IMG/VR virus record: IMGVR_UViG_3300028581_000024
Location: 28,063-92,062 of that record
Length of the DNA: 64,000 bases
Reading direction: 5' to 3' (one strand)
Source of the DNA: a virus
Positions 1-9,964 of the stretch are shown piece by piece (within the stretch, counting starts at the first letter, position 1; each line of letters opens with the position of its first letter). The notes beneath the pieces are model-generated. The model was not told the origin of the DNA and did no database searches. It saw nothing but the letters and a program-made list of their open reading frames with translations. Both the position numbers and the translations under genes were made by a program.

Positions 1-7
1 ATAGTAT

Positions 8-15
8 TATTTATA
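8..15 (-). promoter_or_regulatory. late promoter for a gene starting just left of the window
   Basis: TATTTATA = TATAAATA on minus strand, divergent from 39-46. Confidence 0.55.
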
Positions 16-52
16 TAAGGATAATTGTTCTATAAGAACATAAATACTATAT

Positions 53-658
53 ATGAATAAGTTTGTTAAGCTGTATGAGTCAGCAATCCAGAGGTATACA
101 CGTGGTGGGTTTCTAACGGGAGATTTGGTAAAATTCATAGATTATGCATTTAAAGATGATTTCTTCAAAAAACAATCACCAAACTATGTTCAAAAGGCTA
201 AAGCTTTTAGCGAAGGCGGTTTAAACATAAGAGTTAGTGCTGTGAAAGCTGTAAGACCTACGATCCATTCTGGTGACGTACAGAACGAAGCAGATGAGTT
301 TCTAATTGATATTGTGCAAGAGTTAGCACCCGGGTGCTATAAAGAATTTATAACAATACCAGCTCATTTACTTTCGCCTATTGATGTTTATCCGAATCTA
401 TTACCAGTACCAGATAGCTTAAAAAGACACAATCACACCATAGTTAAGCCTCAAGAGGTTGATATTAAGGACGAAGAAGAATTATGCCTATCCCCACACC
501 GTCAAACTCTTACTAGCGATGTTGGTGACAAGAAAGATTCTGAAGGCGATAGAAAGCTCAATAACTTCAATACAAAAATTCCTAGCTTACCAGCAAAAGA
601 TGAATCTAATCCAAGCGTTGATTCAGGTACTCACAGATATCTACCTAAGAAGCGCTAA
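53..658 (+). CDS. hypothetical late/virion protein with capsid-targeting-like N-terminus
   Basis: 201-aa ORF; late promoter CATAAATA at 39-46; starts MNKFVKLYE. Confidence 0.5.
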   Translation: MNKFVKLYESAIQRYTRGGFLTGDLVKFIDYAFKDDFFKKQSPNYVQKAKAFSEGGLNIRVSAVKAVRPTIHSGDVQNEADEFLIDIVQELAPGCYKEFITIPAHLLSPIDVYPNLLPVPDSLKRHNHTIVKPQEVDIKDEEELCLSPHRQTLTSDVGDKKDSEGDRKLNNFNTKIPSLPAKDESNPSVDSGTHRYLPKKR

Positions 659-1580
659 TATCAGATAAAGCCAGCACTAAGCAATAAAAATTAATTTCTT
701 GATCAACTACAAACGCTGATCTATACATATACTCACCAATAGTAATCAGCCATAGCTTTTTTTGATGCTCCCCTAAAGAGTAGTTGCCATTGCAAGTAGA
801 ATCAAACAGTGATTTCATTAATAAAGAATAATCGCCTTGAAATGCTGCCTCATTTTCAATAATTAACTTTCGAACAGCCTGAGCTTTCTTGCTAGTAATT
901 AAAGTGATTATCTTATCGGTAAATTCATCTTGAATATTTAAATCGGGTATTGATAAAGTACCAGTAATACTATATTTTTGCATTTCATTAATGCACTTAC
1001 GTATATCAGGAAAATATTTTCGAACTAACCCTACTAACTTCTTCTTATTACCCTCATCAACAACAATATTTTCCATCTTAAGAATAGTATAGCATCTCTT
1101 AAGAACATCTGGTAAGCTTGGTTCTAAATCTATAAACTGACACCGGCTTTGCAGAGGTCCAATGACTCTATGCTTATAATTACAGGTTAAAATAAACCTA
1201 CAATGTGCGGCGTACTCTTCCAAAACATTGCGTAACGATCTTTGAGCCTCCATGGAAGCCATACCATCTACTTCATCAAGCAAAACAATTTTCTTTTTTC
1301 CATTAAAACTCTTTGTTCTACTAAACCCGGTTATATCATTTCTTACTGCGTCAATTCCAACTTCAGAACAATTCTGATAGATATGCTCTGCATCTAGAGC
1401 CGCAATTAAAACCTTTGATGTAGTTGTCTTGCCTATGCCTTGATGGCCACAAAACATTAAATTAGGAATTTCCTCGTTCTTTACAAACGAATTAATTATT
1501 TTTCTTGTATTGTCGGATAAAACGATATCACTAACGTTTTTAGGGCGATATTTTTCTACCCAAAGCTTATCTACATCCAT
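645..1580 (-). CDS. gp44: clamp loader large subunit (T4 gp44 / RFC-like AAA+)
   Basis: LWVEKYRP, GHQGIGKTT Walker A, LLDEVD Walker B, SRC motif; start moved to MDVDKLW at 1580, directly after the dUTPase stop. Confidence 0.95.
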   Translation of the reverse strand: MDVDKLWVEKYRPKNVSDIVLSDNTRKIINSFVKNEEIPNLMFCGHQGIGKTTTSKVLIAALDAEHIYQNCSEVGIDAVRNDITGFSRTKSFNGKKKIVLLDEVDGMASMEAQRSLRNVLEEYAAHCRFILTCNYKHRVIGPLQSRCQFIDLEPSLPDVLKRCYTILKMENIVVDEGNKKKLVGLVRKYFPDIRKCINEMQKYSITGTLSIPDLNIQDEFTDKIITLITSKKAQAVRKLIIENEAAFQGDYSLLMKSLFDSTCNGNYSLGEHQKKLWLITIGEYMYRSAFVVDQEINFYCLVLALSDISAS

Positions 1581-1581
1581 A

Positions 1582-2025
1582 TTATTTACCGCTGCTACCA
1601 AATCCCTTTTCACCACGATCAGCCGCCTGAACTGCACCCCAATCAACCGACATTTGAATATTAAAATGCACAACTAGCTGTGCAATCCTATCACCTTTAT
1701 TAACCTGGTATGGTTGATCATTATGATTGTACAGTAGTACTCCTAAATCTCCCCTATAGTTCTGATCGATAACACCGGGATGTGCTAAGACACCGCTCTT
1801 AAAGCTTAGCCCCGATCTCGACTCCACACTTATCCAGTATCCCGGTTCAATATAAGCTAATTTTAAGCCTACCGGCACCACAACACGGTCATTCGCTGGA
1901 ATTACTGTACTTTCTACAGCTGAAAGATCCCACCCTGAATCGGACGGGTAATTCTTCTGCGGTAAAACAGCATCCTGGTGTGTTTTCTCAAATTTCATAA
2001 AAGGATTATAGGTGGGTAGTTCCAT
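1582..2025 (-). CDS. dut: trimeric dUTPase
   Basis: DSGWDL, SRSGLS, GVIDQNYRGDLGV, DRIAQLV, RGEKGFGSSG; start placed at second ATG (2025), 6 nt below a -10 box. Confidence 0.95.
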   Translation of the reverse strand: MELPTYNPFMKFEKTHQDAVLPQKNYPSDSGWDLSAVESTVIPANDRVVVPVGLKLAYIEPGYWISVESRSGLSFKSGVLAHPGVIDQNYRGDLGVLLYNHNDQPYQVNKGDRIAQLVVHFNIQMSVDWGAVQAADRGEKGFGSSGK

Positions 2026-2073
2026 AAACATAATATAACGTATGGTATATCGAATTCAATAGATAAATATAAT

Positions 2074-2568
2074 GTGGACGAAAAAGAATTTAGTGTCAAT
2101 GATCTTATTAATGAACTGAACATTAATACCAAGGAAAACAAAGCTCTTCTAAAGAACGAAGAGTTCAATCTACCTAAAGATAAGTTGGAAGAATTTGTAT
2201 TGAATAGTACAGGTAGATTGGTAACACAAGGGCTCGAGATTGTTGAAGGGGTTAAGGAATATGTTATGAATAATCCAGAGAGCAGAGAAGTACTAGCTCT
2301 ATCAGATGCGTTAAAAGCGGTAGCAAGCGCACTTTCAGTAGTTAAGGATATACATGTATCTCAAATAAAGCGAGATAGTGCTAAAGATCTCAAGACTATG
2401 GAAATCGAGGCAAAGAAAAATATTAAGGAAGAAGAAGCTAGAGTTGGTCTGTTTATTACCCGGGATGAGCTTTTTAGGAAAATAATGGAAGATGCTAAAG
2501 TGATAGAAACAGAGGCTTCTGTAATTACGAAACCCCAAGCACTTTCCGAGTCGTCACCGAACTCGTAA
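2074..2568 (+). CDS. terminase small subunit (T4 gp16-like)
   Basis: helical protein; NNPESREVLALSDALKAVASAL and GLFITRDELF resemble gp16 central helices and C-terminal strand; late promoter GATAAATA 2062-2069. Confidence 0.6.
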   Translation: MDEKEFSVNDLINELNINTKENKALLKNEEFNLPKDKLEEFVLNSTGRLVTQGLEIVEGVKEYVMNNPESREVLALSDALKAVASALSVVKDIHVSQIKRDSAKDLKTMEIEAKKNIKEEEARVGLFITRDELFRKIMEDAKVIETEASVITKPQALSESSPNS

Positions 2569-3370
2569 CCTCTTTTAGCTGGTTGAATAGCAGATCTTGA
2601 TTCAAAGTATTACCCTCAACATTAACAGAAATATTAGTTTTAGGTACAAATTGTATGTTATTAGTAGCAGACCGTGGATTATAATTACAGTATAACTGTA
2701 TAACGTTGTATAACTCTTTGAATTCTGATTGTATTTTTTCATTTAAACTAGGAATAGCATTTTTCATACGAACAAAATGTTGGGTATCAGGTGTTAGATT
2801 GCTTCCCTGGGAAACGTTTCCGCTCTGTACTGTACTCTGTATGTTTTGAATATTCTTACGAAATACCATATTTGTTTTTTTACTAAGTTCAGCGTGTAGC
2901 AATTGTGTCGAAGGACTCATTTTATTTGTTAAACTTGCACCATAGCGTAATGGTGTCATCATCTTACTACCAGTAACATCACTTACAAGCTGTAGGGAGT
3001 CATCTAGATAGTTTTCTAGCCGCGCCAAACTACCTATGCTATCACTGAATTGTTTATAAAAAGTACCTTCATTAATCTCTACTCTTACTTGATTCTTTAC
3101 CTCATTAAGAGCAGTATTAAATTTAGAAATCCAATCTGCAGCAAATTGAGGTTGCATGGATTTCATTTGATTGTCTAACTTAATAAAGAAATCTTTTTGT
3201 GATGTAATAACATCGTTCTGTACCTTTGTTAGATTGTAATCAATAGAGGTTTGTAATTCGGTAGAATAATTATTAATAGTAGATAAGAAGTTTGAAGCTT
3301 TATCGTAAAAATCTTTTTTATAAAAAAGATTAATTTGTGTTAGTTGAGGGTCTATTGTTTTAGAGTTCAT
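2525..3370 (-). CDS. hypothetical protein in baseplate operon
   Basis: 281-aa ORF overlapping the hub gene stop (ATGA coupling). Confidence 0.5.
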   Translation of the reverse strand: MNSKTIDPQLTQINLFYKKDFYDKASNFLSTINNYSTELQTSIDYNLTKVQNDVITSQKDFFIKLDNQMKSMQPQFAADWISKFNTALNEVKNQVRVEINEGTFYKQFSDSIGSLARLENYLDDSLQLVSDVTGSKMMTPLRYGASLTNKMSPSTQLLHAELSKKTNMVFRKNIQNIQSTVQSGNVSQGSNLTPDTQHFVRMKNAIPSLNEKIQSEFKELYNVIQLYCNYNPRSATNNIQFVPKTNISVNVEGNTLNQDLLFNQLKEVTSSVTTRKVLGVS

Positions 3371-4911
3371 ATGGATGTGTCGTTATTATTACTTTTATTA
3401 AAATTATAAGTTTTAACAGCAACTATATTGTTAAAATATGTACCAGCTCCAAATACATGTTCAACTGTAGTTATCATATACATACCTAAGGATTTATTAT
3501 CAAACTCACTATTGGTTTGACTATCAGACCGTGAGATAGTAATAAATTTGCCTGGGTTTCTCACAACATTGCCGCGACACCTAAAAGATATAGTAGTATT
3601 AAGAAAGATACTCGAGAGCAAGAATCTGTTTCGTCCTGAGTTTAGTCGCGATATCGGATCTGTATTAGGATTGTATTTGTTAATAATATTTTTTTGCTGG
3701 AGTCTTGTTTGATTTAGAGGAAGGTTAGATGTAGGGTTAAGACCTATGCTACCTTTTAAGGTATTCACAAAGTTTTTCTTATACGTTTCTATATTTTTAT
3801 TAATATTATTCTCTGTTATATCAATACTAAAAACTTTCTTATTTGCGTCATAGTTATGTACCATATGAGATACAAGATTATTAGTTACATCAACTGAAGC
3901 GGGGTTTGATATTTGAAAATTATCAACTAAACAATAATCGGTCAAATCATATGAAAAGATTGATGAAGGGGTTCGCTTAGGTTGATCGCTTGCTGCACCA
4001 CTATCAGTTTGCTGTTTTCCAAGAATAAAGTTTTCTATTAGTCCTGGTCCCCCTAAATCACCAAAAGAGTTATTCCCGCGATAATACGCACTTTTAAATA
4101 ATTGTGCGATTGGTATTAACGACCACACCTCATTATGCTTCATTAATATAGCAGGAGAATTTTGATTAGCTGAATCACTTACATGGTTATCAAGTAAATA
4201 CTGTAGATCATCAATAGCTTTATAGTGAGATGGGCTACTATAAAAAATTTTTGTACCGCCTTGGTCCCAGTCTCCCGTTTGCAATGTTAGGTTGTATTCC
4301 TTGTAGATTTCCTCTAGAAGTTTTTTTATTGCATCACCTGTATACATACTACGCTCGCCATCTCCAATGCCTTTGCTATATCTTCCTGTACTAAAGTAAG
4401 AATTTTTTTCTTTTAAAAGTTGATAAGTATAATCATATAGAAAAAGCTTTTTTTGCTTAATAGTTTTATCTTCATAGATAAGATCTTCTGAATCGTATAC
4501 TGAAAAAAGATAATTTATGGATAAATCAGGATTTTTAGTTTTGTAATTATTGAGAGTACCAGTATCATCACGATCGATAAACGGTTCAATTTGAACTAAC
4601 AATAAATCTCTACCATCGCCACGAAAAGTGTATGGTTTAAACGATTTGTTTATCTCCCCGTCTGTATTACTTCCAATACTATCAAAGCTTTCTAAAGCAT
4701 CCAACTGATTATTAAAAATAATATAGCCATCAGTATAAAAGGAAGTAATTCTATCTGTCATTTTAAAATCGACAATAGCGGAATAATTTATTTTAGCAAA
4801 ATTTCCATTTGTATTTAATAATATTACATTAAAGCGGTACTTATTATCTGATATCGTTACAATATCATCATCAAAAGAATTAAATCCAAGATTTTGTAGT
4901 ACAGGGTGCAT
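3367..4911 (-). CDS. baseplate hub protein (gp27-like)
   Basis: 514 aa; C-terminal GNVVRNPGKFITI...GMYMITTVEHVF pattern of hub proteins; tail-module context. Confidence 0.65.
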   Translation of the reverse strand: MHPVLQNLGFNSFDDDIVTISDNKYRFNVILLNTNGNFAKINYSAIVDFKMTDRITSFYTDGYIIFNNQLDALESFDSIGSNTDGEINKSFKPYTFRGDGRDLLLVQIEPFIDRDDTGTLNNYKTKNPDLSINYLFSVYDSEDLIYEDKTIKQKKLFLYDYTYQLLKEKNSYFSTGRYSKGIGDGERSMYTGDAIKKLLEEIYKEYNLTLQTGDWDQGGTKIFYSSPSHYKAIDDLQYLLDNHVSDSANQNSPAILMKHNEVWSLIPIAQLFKSAYYRGNNSFGDLGGPGLIENFILGKQQTDSGAASDQPKRTPSSIFSYDLTDYCLVDNFQISNPASVDVTNNLVSHMVHNYDANKKVFSIDITENNINKNIETYKKNFVNTLKGSIGLNPTSNLPLNQTRLQQKNIINKYNPNTDPISRLNSGRNRFLLSSIFLNTTISFRCRGNVVRNPGKFITISRSDSQTNSEFDNKSLGMYMITTVEHVFGAGTYFNNIVAVKTYNFNKSNNNDTSI

Positions 4912-5303
4912 TATTGTTTTAACTGAACGTTAATATTGTTAATAATTGACGGGACAAAGCTAGGCTTTATAATATTGAGACGAGTACCTGCAGGTGGGTA
5001 TAATATAGGATTGTAGATGTTATTTGCCAATACAATCAACCACCACAGATTCATTGTCTTGTATTCATCGTAACTAATAACAGTCCATGGCATAATCCTA
5101 TTTAAAGTAATGGTATAATAGGTTTCCGGTTGCAGCGGCGTGGGTATGTATATGCTATTAATAAGATTATAGTAGAGAAACGGTTTTGTGTTCGCATCTT
5201 CTACAGGATACATTCTAAAGATATTTTCATAGCTATTCTGTGGCAGTTGCGCTAAAGCCGCTATGTCTTGTCTAAAAACGCCTAATGCTGATAATCCAAT
5301 CAT
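4911..5303 (-). CDS. baseplate wedge protein (gp53 / LysM-like)
   Basis: ISYDEYKTMNLWWLIVLANNIYNP...GTRLNI matches gp53/LysM-type wedge pattern. Confidence 0.75.
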   Translation of the reverse strand: MIGLSALGVFRQDIAALAQLPQNSYENIFRMYPVEDANTKPFLYYNLINSIYIPTPLQPETYYTITLNRIMPWTVISYDEYKTMNLWWLIVLANNIYNPILYPPAGTRLNIIKPSFVPSIINNINVQLKQ

Positions 5304-6688
5304 TGTGTTGCTACCTCTGTTGCTTGGCTGAACAACCTACGGCGGTTTCCACTAAACTGGGTAGGTACCCCAATTATGCCTTGTGTCTCTTGTAGAGTTC
5401 TAGTCGAGGAAGTAGATATAATATTGTACTTATCGTATAACATAGAATAGAGGAAATTCTGGGATTCCCTTACTAAAGCTCTAAGAGTTATTGTAACGTC
5501 ATAAGCATCAGGGATAATAGATTCAATCTTTATTGTCCCAGTACCATATGGAACATCAATTAACATTTTTCTTACAGAGCCAACAAAGGCAACCTTCATA
5601 GTCTCAATGTAAGCGTAGGGATAATAACGAGACCCCGGTATGCTAACCTCGTAAATTACAGGTGGATCAATTAAATCTCTACTACGTCGATTGGGTCGAT
5701 TTTGATAAGCTAGTAAGTACAGTAATTGCCAATTACGTAATACGTCAGTGTACGTTGCCCACCCGGTGTTAACAAGAGGAAATTTAAATATTAAAGCTTC
5801 ACCATCTTCACTAAAATTATAAAATTTTGGTTTTTCTATATATATTCCCGGTGCATTCATGTTTGCATTAGCAGCTACAGTCAGTGCAGCGGATCCTAAG
5901 TTTTCTGATAAGCCGTAAAATGCTCCACCTGGGCCTCCTATTTCTGCAGGATTAAGATTTGGTGTACTACTGAATTTGTTGCTAATATCATTCAAAGTAT
6001 TAACAAAGTATGGAAATCTATAATAAAATTCTGTATCTTCAGTCAAATAAAGACCCTCATAGGGTAATAAGTATTTGCTATTTAAACTTTCAACATTTAA
6101 GTTTGCGCCAGCGGTTTGTGCTACATCTAGTCCAAAACCTGCAAGTCGGCTTAAATTATTGAGAGCCCCTGCCCCACCCACAGCGGCACCGACTGCCGCA
6201 CCTCCCAATTGTGTAGCGCCTGCGATAAAATCAGCAAATGGGGCTGTTGTTGGAAACACCTCTGAGGTTGCTCCTGCTGCTCGTCCTAATTGTCTACCTC
6301 CAAATTGATTTACGAGAGTAGCACCAAGAGCCGCGTCAACTAACCCACCAGCAAGAGGAAATTTTGCTTTAAAGTTATTAATAAAATTAGTTGCATCAGT
6401 AACCGATTCCTGAATTGCATATGTGTAGTATGCAGCTTGTGCAACAAAAGAGTTAGTTATTAATCTCTTTTCTTTTAAATATATCTCTGGTACTCCGACT
6501 TTACTTTCAGCAGGAGAAGTTGTCCAGTGAAAATCATTAATAATATCGTATAGAGAAAATCCTGTTGCGGCATCACTTATACAGTTTGCGCCACCTGTAG
6601 ACGACCCCCTTCGTACAGGTACGGCTTTTGGTGCACCAAATCGTTTTTCTTGCTCTTTAAAAGAGTATAGTTTATTAGATAAGTTCAT
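5300..6688 (-). CDS. baseplate/tail-tube cap-like protein (gp48-like)
   Basis: 462 aa; DPPVIYEVSIPG...YAYIETMKV...IPDAYDVTITL tube-fold-like C-terminus; position upstream of gp53-like gene. Confidence 0.5.
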   Translation of the reverse strand: MNLSNKLYSFKEQEKRFGAPKAVPVRRGSSTGGANCISDAATGFSLYDIINDFHWTTSPAESKVGVPEIYLKEKRLITNSFVAQAAYYTYAIQESVTDATNFINNFKAKFPLAGGLVDAALGATLVNQFGGRQLGRAAGATSEVFPTTAPFADFIAGATQLGGAAVGAAVGGAGALNNLSRLAGFGLDVAQTAGANLNVESLNSKYLLPYEGLYLTEDTEFYYRFPYFVNTLNDISNKFSSTPNLNPAEIGGPGGAFYGLSENLGSAALTVAANANMNAPGIYIEKPKFYNFSEDGEALIFKFPLVNTGWATYTDVLRNWQLLYLLAYQNRPNRRSRDLIDPPVIYEVSIPGSRYYPYAYIETMKVAFVGSVRKMLIDVPYGTGTIKIESIIPDAYDVTITLRALVRESQNFLYSMLYDKYNIISTSSTRTLQETQGIIGVPTQFSGNRRRLFSQATEVATQ

Positions 6689-8118
6689 TAGATTGTAAAT
6701 CCTGGCATTGAAGTGCGGCTATTATTAATATCTATAATACCTCTGCTAGCCTGCTTTCTGTAATCATCTCTAAAGCTTTCAATTAAACCTGTATTGATTG
6801 GTTGGGACTTTTGTTGTTCTCTATTTTGTGAAACTGTAAGACTATTTGACGGCTGTATACTGGGTAGATAGGCTAAAATCTGCCCAGCAATGGACTTTAG
6901 TTCATCTATTGATCCTTTTAATTCCTTAGAAGATGTTGCCGTTGCTTTTGCCATATTTGTTAGATTTTCATTCATTGATTTTAATGCATTTTCTGAAAGA
7001 CTGGTCGCTGGTGATACTGGCTCCTGTACTGGGGCATTCTGCTGAGGATACTGCTTGGCTATATTAGCAATTATTTCATTTATATTCTCCTCTGCAGCCG
7101 GGTACTTTTCTGCTTCATTAATAGGCGACATCGGTTCTTCAGTAGGTTTAGCAATTGGTGTGGGCGGCGTATTATTAACCGGTGATGGGTTTACAGTTTC
7201 AGGCATAGTTTGTAAGGGTTCTATATTCTTGTTCTGCAAAACTGGAGCTTCAACAGGTGTGATAGGCTCAGGCAGCGCAACATTTAAGGTAGCTTGTTGT
7301 GCCTTCTTTTCATCTACCTGTGTTACCAGATTTCTTTTAAGTGTTTGCAGGGTGTTTGCTTCTTCTACATTTTCTGGCAACTTATCAAAGTCAAAAAATG
7401 GATATTCCTCACGTAGCTGACGTTCTTGTTCTACAGTAATAGGTGCATTTTGTTTATCTTCGCGCAAAACATCATTTAAATCTGCAGGGGGTTTCATATT
7501 ATTGGATGTAGCTGGCTCGTTGCTTGGAGCAATTACAGGTATGTTTTTAGAGGTATTATTCTGCCTACTATTCAACTGCGATAATAAATCTTTCTTAAAC
7601 GTTTCAAATCGTTTTGCTTGCTCTTCGCTTTCTGGAAGCTTATCAAAGTCGAAAAAAGGATATTCTTTACGTAACTGACGCTCTTGCTCTGTAGTAATGT
7701 TTTGTTCTATGAGAGGCTTAATCTCTTTAGAATTATCAGAAGTAGTAGATAATATTTGTGTGGGTGGAAGTGTATCAGTATTCAGAGGTGTTTGGGGTTG
7801 AATCTCCTGTTTTTCTAATGGAGTAGTAACAGGTGAAGGCTCTTCAGTTTTTATACTAACTGGTAGCTCTACTTCTTCTACCTTAGGCAGAGTTACATCT
7901 TTTGATGTTGTAGTAACAGGTTTAGGACGATTTACAGGTTTAATATCTGCAAAAGTAACTTTGCGAGTACGCTCGGTGAGCGTTTTTTCTAGAGCGTCCA
8001 AGTCTTCTTGACTCATATTATTAAGCTGCTCTCTTGGCACACTATATGTTTTTGCATACAGATCTTTATAAGAGCTTTGTGCTTTATCTAGAGCATCACT
8101 ATTAACATCATAGTCCAT
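6688..8118 (-). CDS. Pro/Glu/Gln-rich virion protein with internal duplication (gp29/tape-measure-like position)
   Basis: 476 aa, low complexity; TATAAATA at 8123-8130; between hub-assembly and baseplate genes. Confidence 0.45.
   Translation of the reverse strand: MDYDVNSDALDKAQSSYKDLYAKTYSVPREQLNNMSQEDLDALEKTLTERTRKVTFADIKPVNRPKPVTTTSKDVTLPKVEEVELPVSIKTEEPSPVTTPLEKQEIQPQTPLNTDTLPPTQILSTTSDNSKEIKPLIEQNITTEQERQLRKEYPFFDFDKLPESEEQAKRFETFKKDLLSQLNSRQNNTSKNIPVIAPSNEPATSNNMKPPADLNDVLREDKQNAPITVEQERQLREEYPFFDFDKLPENVEEANTLQTLKRNLVTQVDEKKAQQATLNVALPEPITPVEAPVLQNKNIEPLQTMPETVNPSPVNNTPPTPIAKPTEEPMSPINEAEKYPAAEENINEIIANIAKQYPQQNAPVQEPVSPATSLSENALKSMNENLTNMAKATATSSKELKGSIDELKSIAGQILAYLPSIQPSNSLTVSQNREQQKSQPINTGLIESFRDDYRKQASRGIIDINNSRTSMPGFTI
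7371..7698 (-). repeat. intragenic direct repeat, 2 x ~70 bp, 258-bp period
   Basis: 7371-7440 vs 7629-7698 encode ITVEQERQLREEYPFFDFDKLPE / ITTEQERQLRKEYPFFDFDKLPE. Confidence 0.9.
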
Positions 8119-8141
8119 AATATATTTATAACAAAATTATC

Positions 8142-8987
8142 TTACAGGCTTACAGAGCTATCTGTAGTAGCTGACTCCTTTTCTGTATTAAAGATATTAA
8201 GATAGATATCACACTCCGAAGGTGTTAAATTATTAATAGTATTACTGTCCAAATTTAATTTTGTAAGTAAGGTATATTTCTTTTTATAAAGACTTTGTGC
8301 TTGAGGAATGAAGGTCGATTTCAAGAATCCAAACAGTGTATTTCCTAGAAGATTAAACCTGACTGAATAAAAATCTTTTAGTTGTTTGTCATTATTAATA
8401 ATGTAAACAGATTCAAATGCTTGGTCATATTTACGAAGATGATTATAAATTTCCGTAATAGCGGTCTTATCAATAGTATTAAAGAATTTTTCTTTTGTAT
8501 TTTGGTCAAAAGCTCCTGGATAAAAATCTTTATTATTGATACGAATTTTAAAGATACTTTCATGCAAATAATTAACTGAATATAACTCCTTAACAGGTGT
8601 AAATGCAATCTCTATATCATCTAATTTTAAATTTTCAATAGTAGGAATTACAAGTTCTGATAAATCTGTAAGTATATCGAAAAGATTAAATGTAAGAGCA
8701 CATGTACTCTCATCTGTATTTTTAGCACGGTAAAACAACTGACCTGATACAGACGAGGCTCTTAAAAATAGTAATAAAAACCATTTATCATAGCGAGTGA
8801 GTTTATAGAAAAGTTCTTTTTGTTCTAAATTTTCTTGAAGAATATCGTTAAATGTTTGATTTAAACTTTCATCATCTTCATTTAGTATGTATTTACTAAT
8901 TATCTCTAACTGATACATCTTTAACTCAGCAATTTTAAGATATTGCTTTAAACTTGGGGCCCAGCAATTAAGATAAAAAGAGTGCAT
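8142..8987 (-). CDS. baseplate hub assembly protein (gp26-like)
   Basis: 281 aa; LTRYDKWFLLLFLRASSVS resembles the gp26 D..YIFL.LR..SVG motif; synteny. Confidence 0.55.
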   Translation of the reverse strand: MHSFYLNCWAPSLKQYLKIAELKMYQLEIISKYILNEDDESLNQTFNDILQENLEQKELFYKLTRYDKWFLLLFLRASSVSGQLFYRAKNTDESTCALTFNLFDILTDLSELVIPTIENLKLDDIEIAFTPVKELYSVNYLHESIFKIRINNKDFYPGAFDQNTKEKFFNTIDKTAITEIYNHLRKYDQAFESVYIINNDKQLKDFYSVRFNLLGNTLFGFLKSTFIPQAQSLYKKKYTLLTKLNLDSNTINNLTPSECDIYLNIFNTEKESATTDSSVSL

Positions 8988-9925
8988 TAGAAGAATCCTG
9001 CAAGATCTAAGGTTCGTGAAGCGGCATCTTGAAGAGGAGAAACTTGTGGTGTATAATTACCATTTGTAATGCCGCTCACTGTGTTAATAATATCTGCTAG
9101 CGGAAAATACATACTATTTTCTATTGTATAGTTTGTGTAGATAAAATTAACATCATATATTGTTGCAGCGTTAGGCTCGTCGTAGCTAAGATTTATATTG
9201 TTTACAAGTGTTGGGACACAATTATAGAATCTAAACACCTTTCTAGGTATTTGACTTATATTTTGATAGCTTCGTGTATAGCAAAGTAGGGTAATATTAC
9301 TTTTTACATTACGTATATCCTTTTGCCCGGGCGTATCACCCGGGTAGGCTACTAACCCTAGATGATTTGCCAGCATAACCCATGGACGAAATACATTATC
9401 TACAATACTAGTATTTGTTTCAAGGAAGCCTAGACGGAGCGGTTTACCTGCATAGCCCATTCTGTTTTCAGCCATAATACCAGGTATAAATCCACGACTC
9501 TTACCGCTTGAGCCGATAGTAATATCACCCACAAAGAAAGATTCTTGCGGTATCATAGCAGTTTGCGCAAATACACAACCAATTACTTTTTGAAAAGGAA
9601 AACTAGTTAATAATGTCTTTGCTTGATCTATATCATAGCCCTTTTTAGCACCATCAACACGTTCTAATTGCTGTAAGATGTTTGTGTTGAGAAGACGTGG
9701 AAAAGAATCTATTACGGCAATCCATTGCGATTGAAGAGGTATTGAAGTTAACCAACTTTGTAATTGTAATAAGAAGTAATCCCGTGTACTAATTAATGGT
9801 ACCCCTGGAATATTGAATCCAAGTACGTTTGTTATTTGTGGTTGACTGAGAGGGTTGGTTCCTCTTCCGATGCCAATAGCGTTATTGGTTAATCCTTCGA
9901 ATGCATTAGTTAGCGGATTATTCAT
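8987..9925 (-). CDS. tail tube initiator (gp54-like, tube fold)
   Basis: follows tube gene; FLETN...FRPW, RKVFRFYNCVP...LSYD tube-family pattern; ATG 9925 with GGAG upstream. Confidence 0.6.
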   Translation of the reverse strand: MNNPLTNAFEGLTNNAIGIGRGTNPLSQPQITNVLGFNIPGVPLISTRDYFLLQLQSWLTSIPLQSQWIAVIDSFPRLLNTNILQQLERVDGAKKGYDIDQAKTLLTSFPFQKVIGCVFAQTAMIPQESFFVGDITIGSSGKSRGFIPGIMAENRMGYAGKPLRLGFLETNTSIVDNVFRPWVMLANHLGLVAYPGDTPGQKDIRNVKSNITLLCYTRSYQNISQIPRKVFRFYNCVPTLVNNINLSYDEPNAATIYDVNFIYTNYTIENSMYFPLADIINTVSGITNGNYTPQVSPLQDAASRTLDLAGFF

Positions 9926-9930
9926 CAACA

Positions 9931-9958
9931 ATTACTCCAATATATTTATCGGAGTAAT
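9931..9958 (-). promoter_or_regulatory. RBS-sequestering hairpin with late promoter in the loop
   Basis: ATTACTCC (9931-9938) / GGAGTAAT (9951-9958) perfect inverted repeat; GATAAATA on minus strand at 9943-9950. Confidence 0.65.
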
Positions 9959-9964
9959 GTTATT

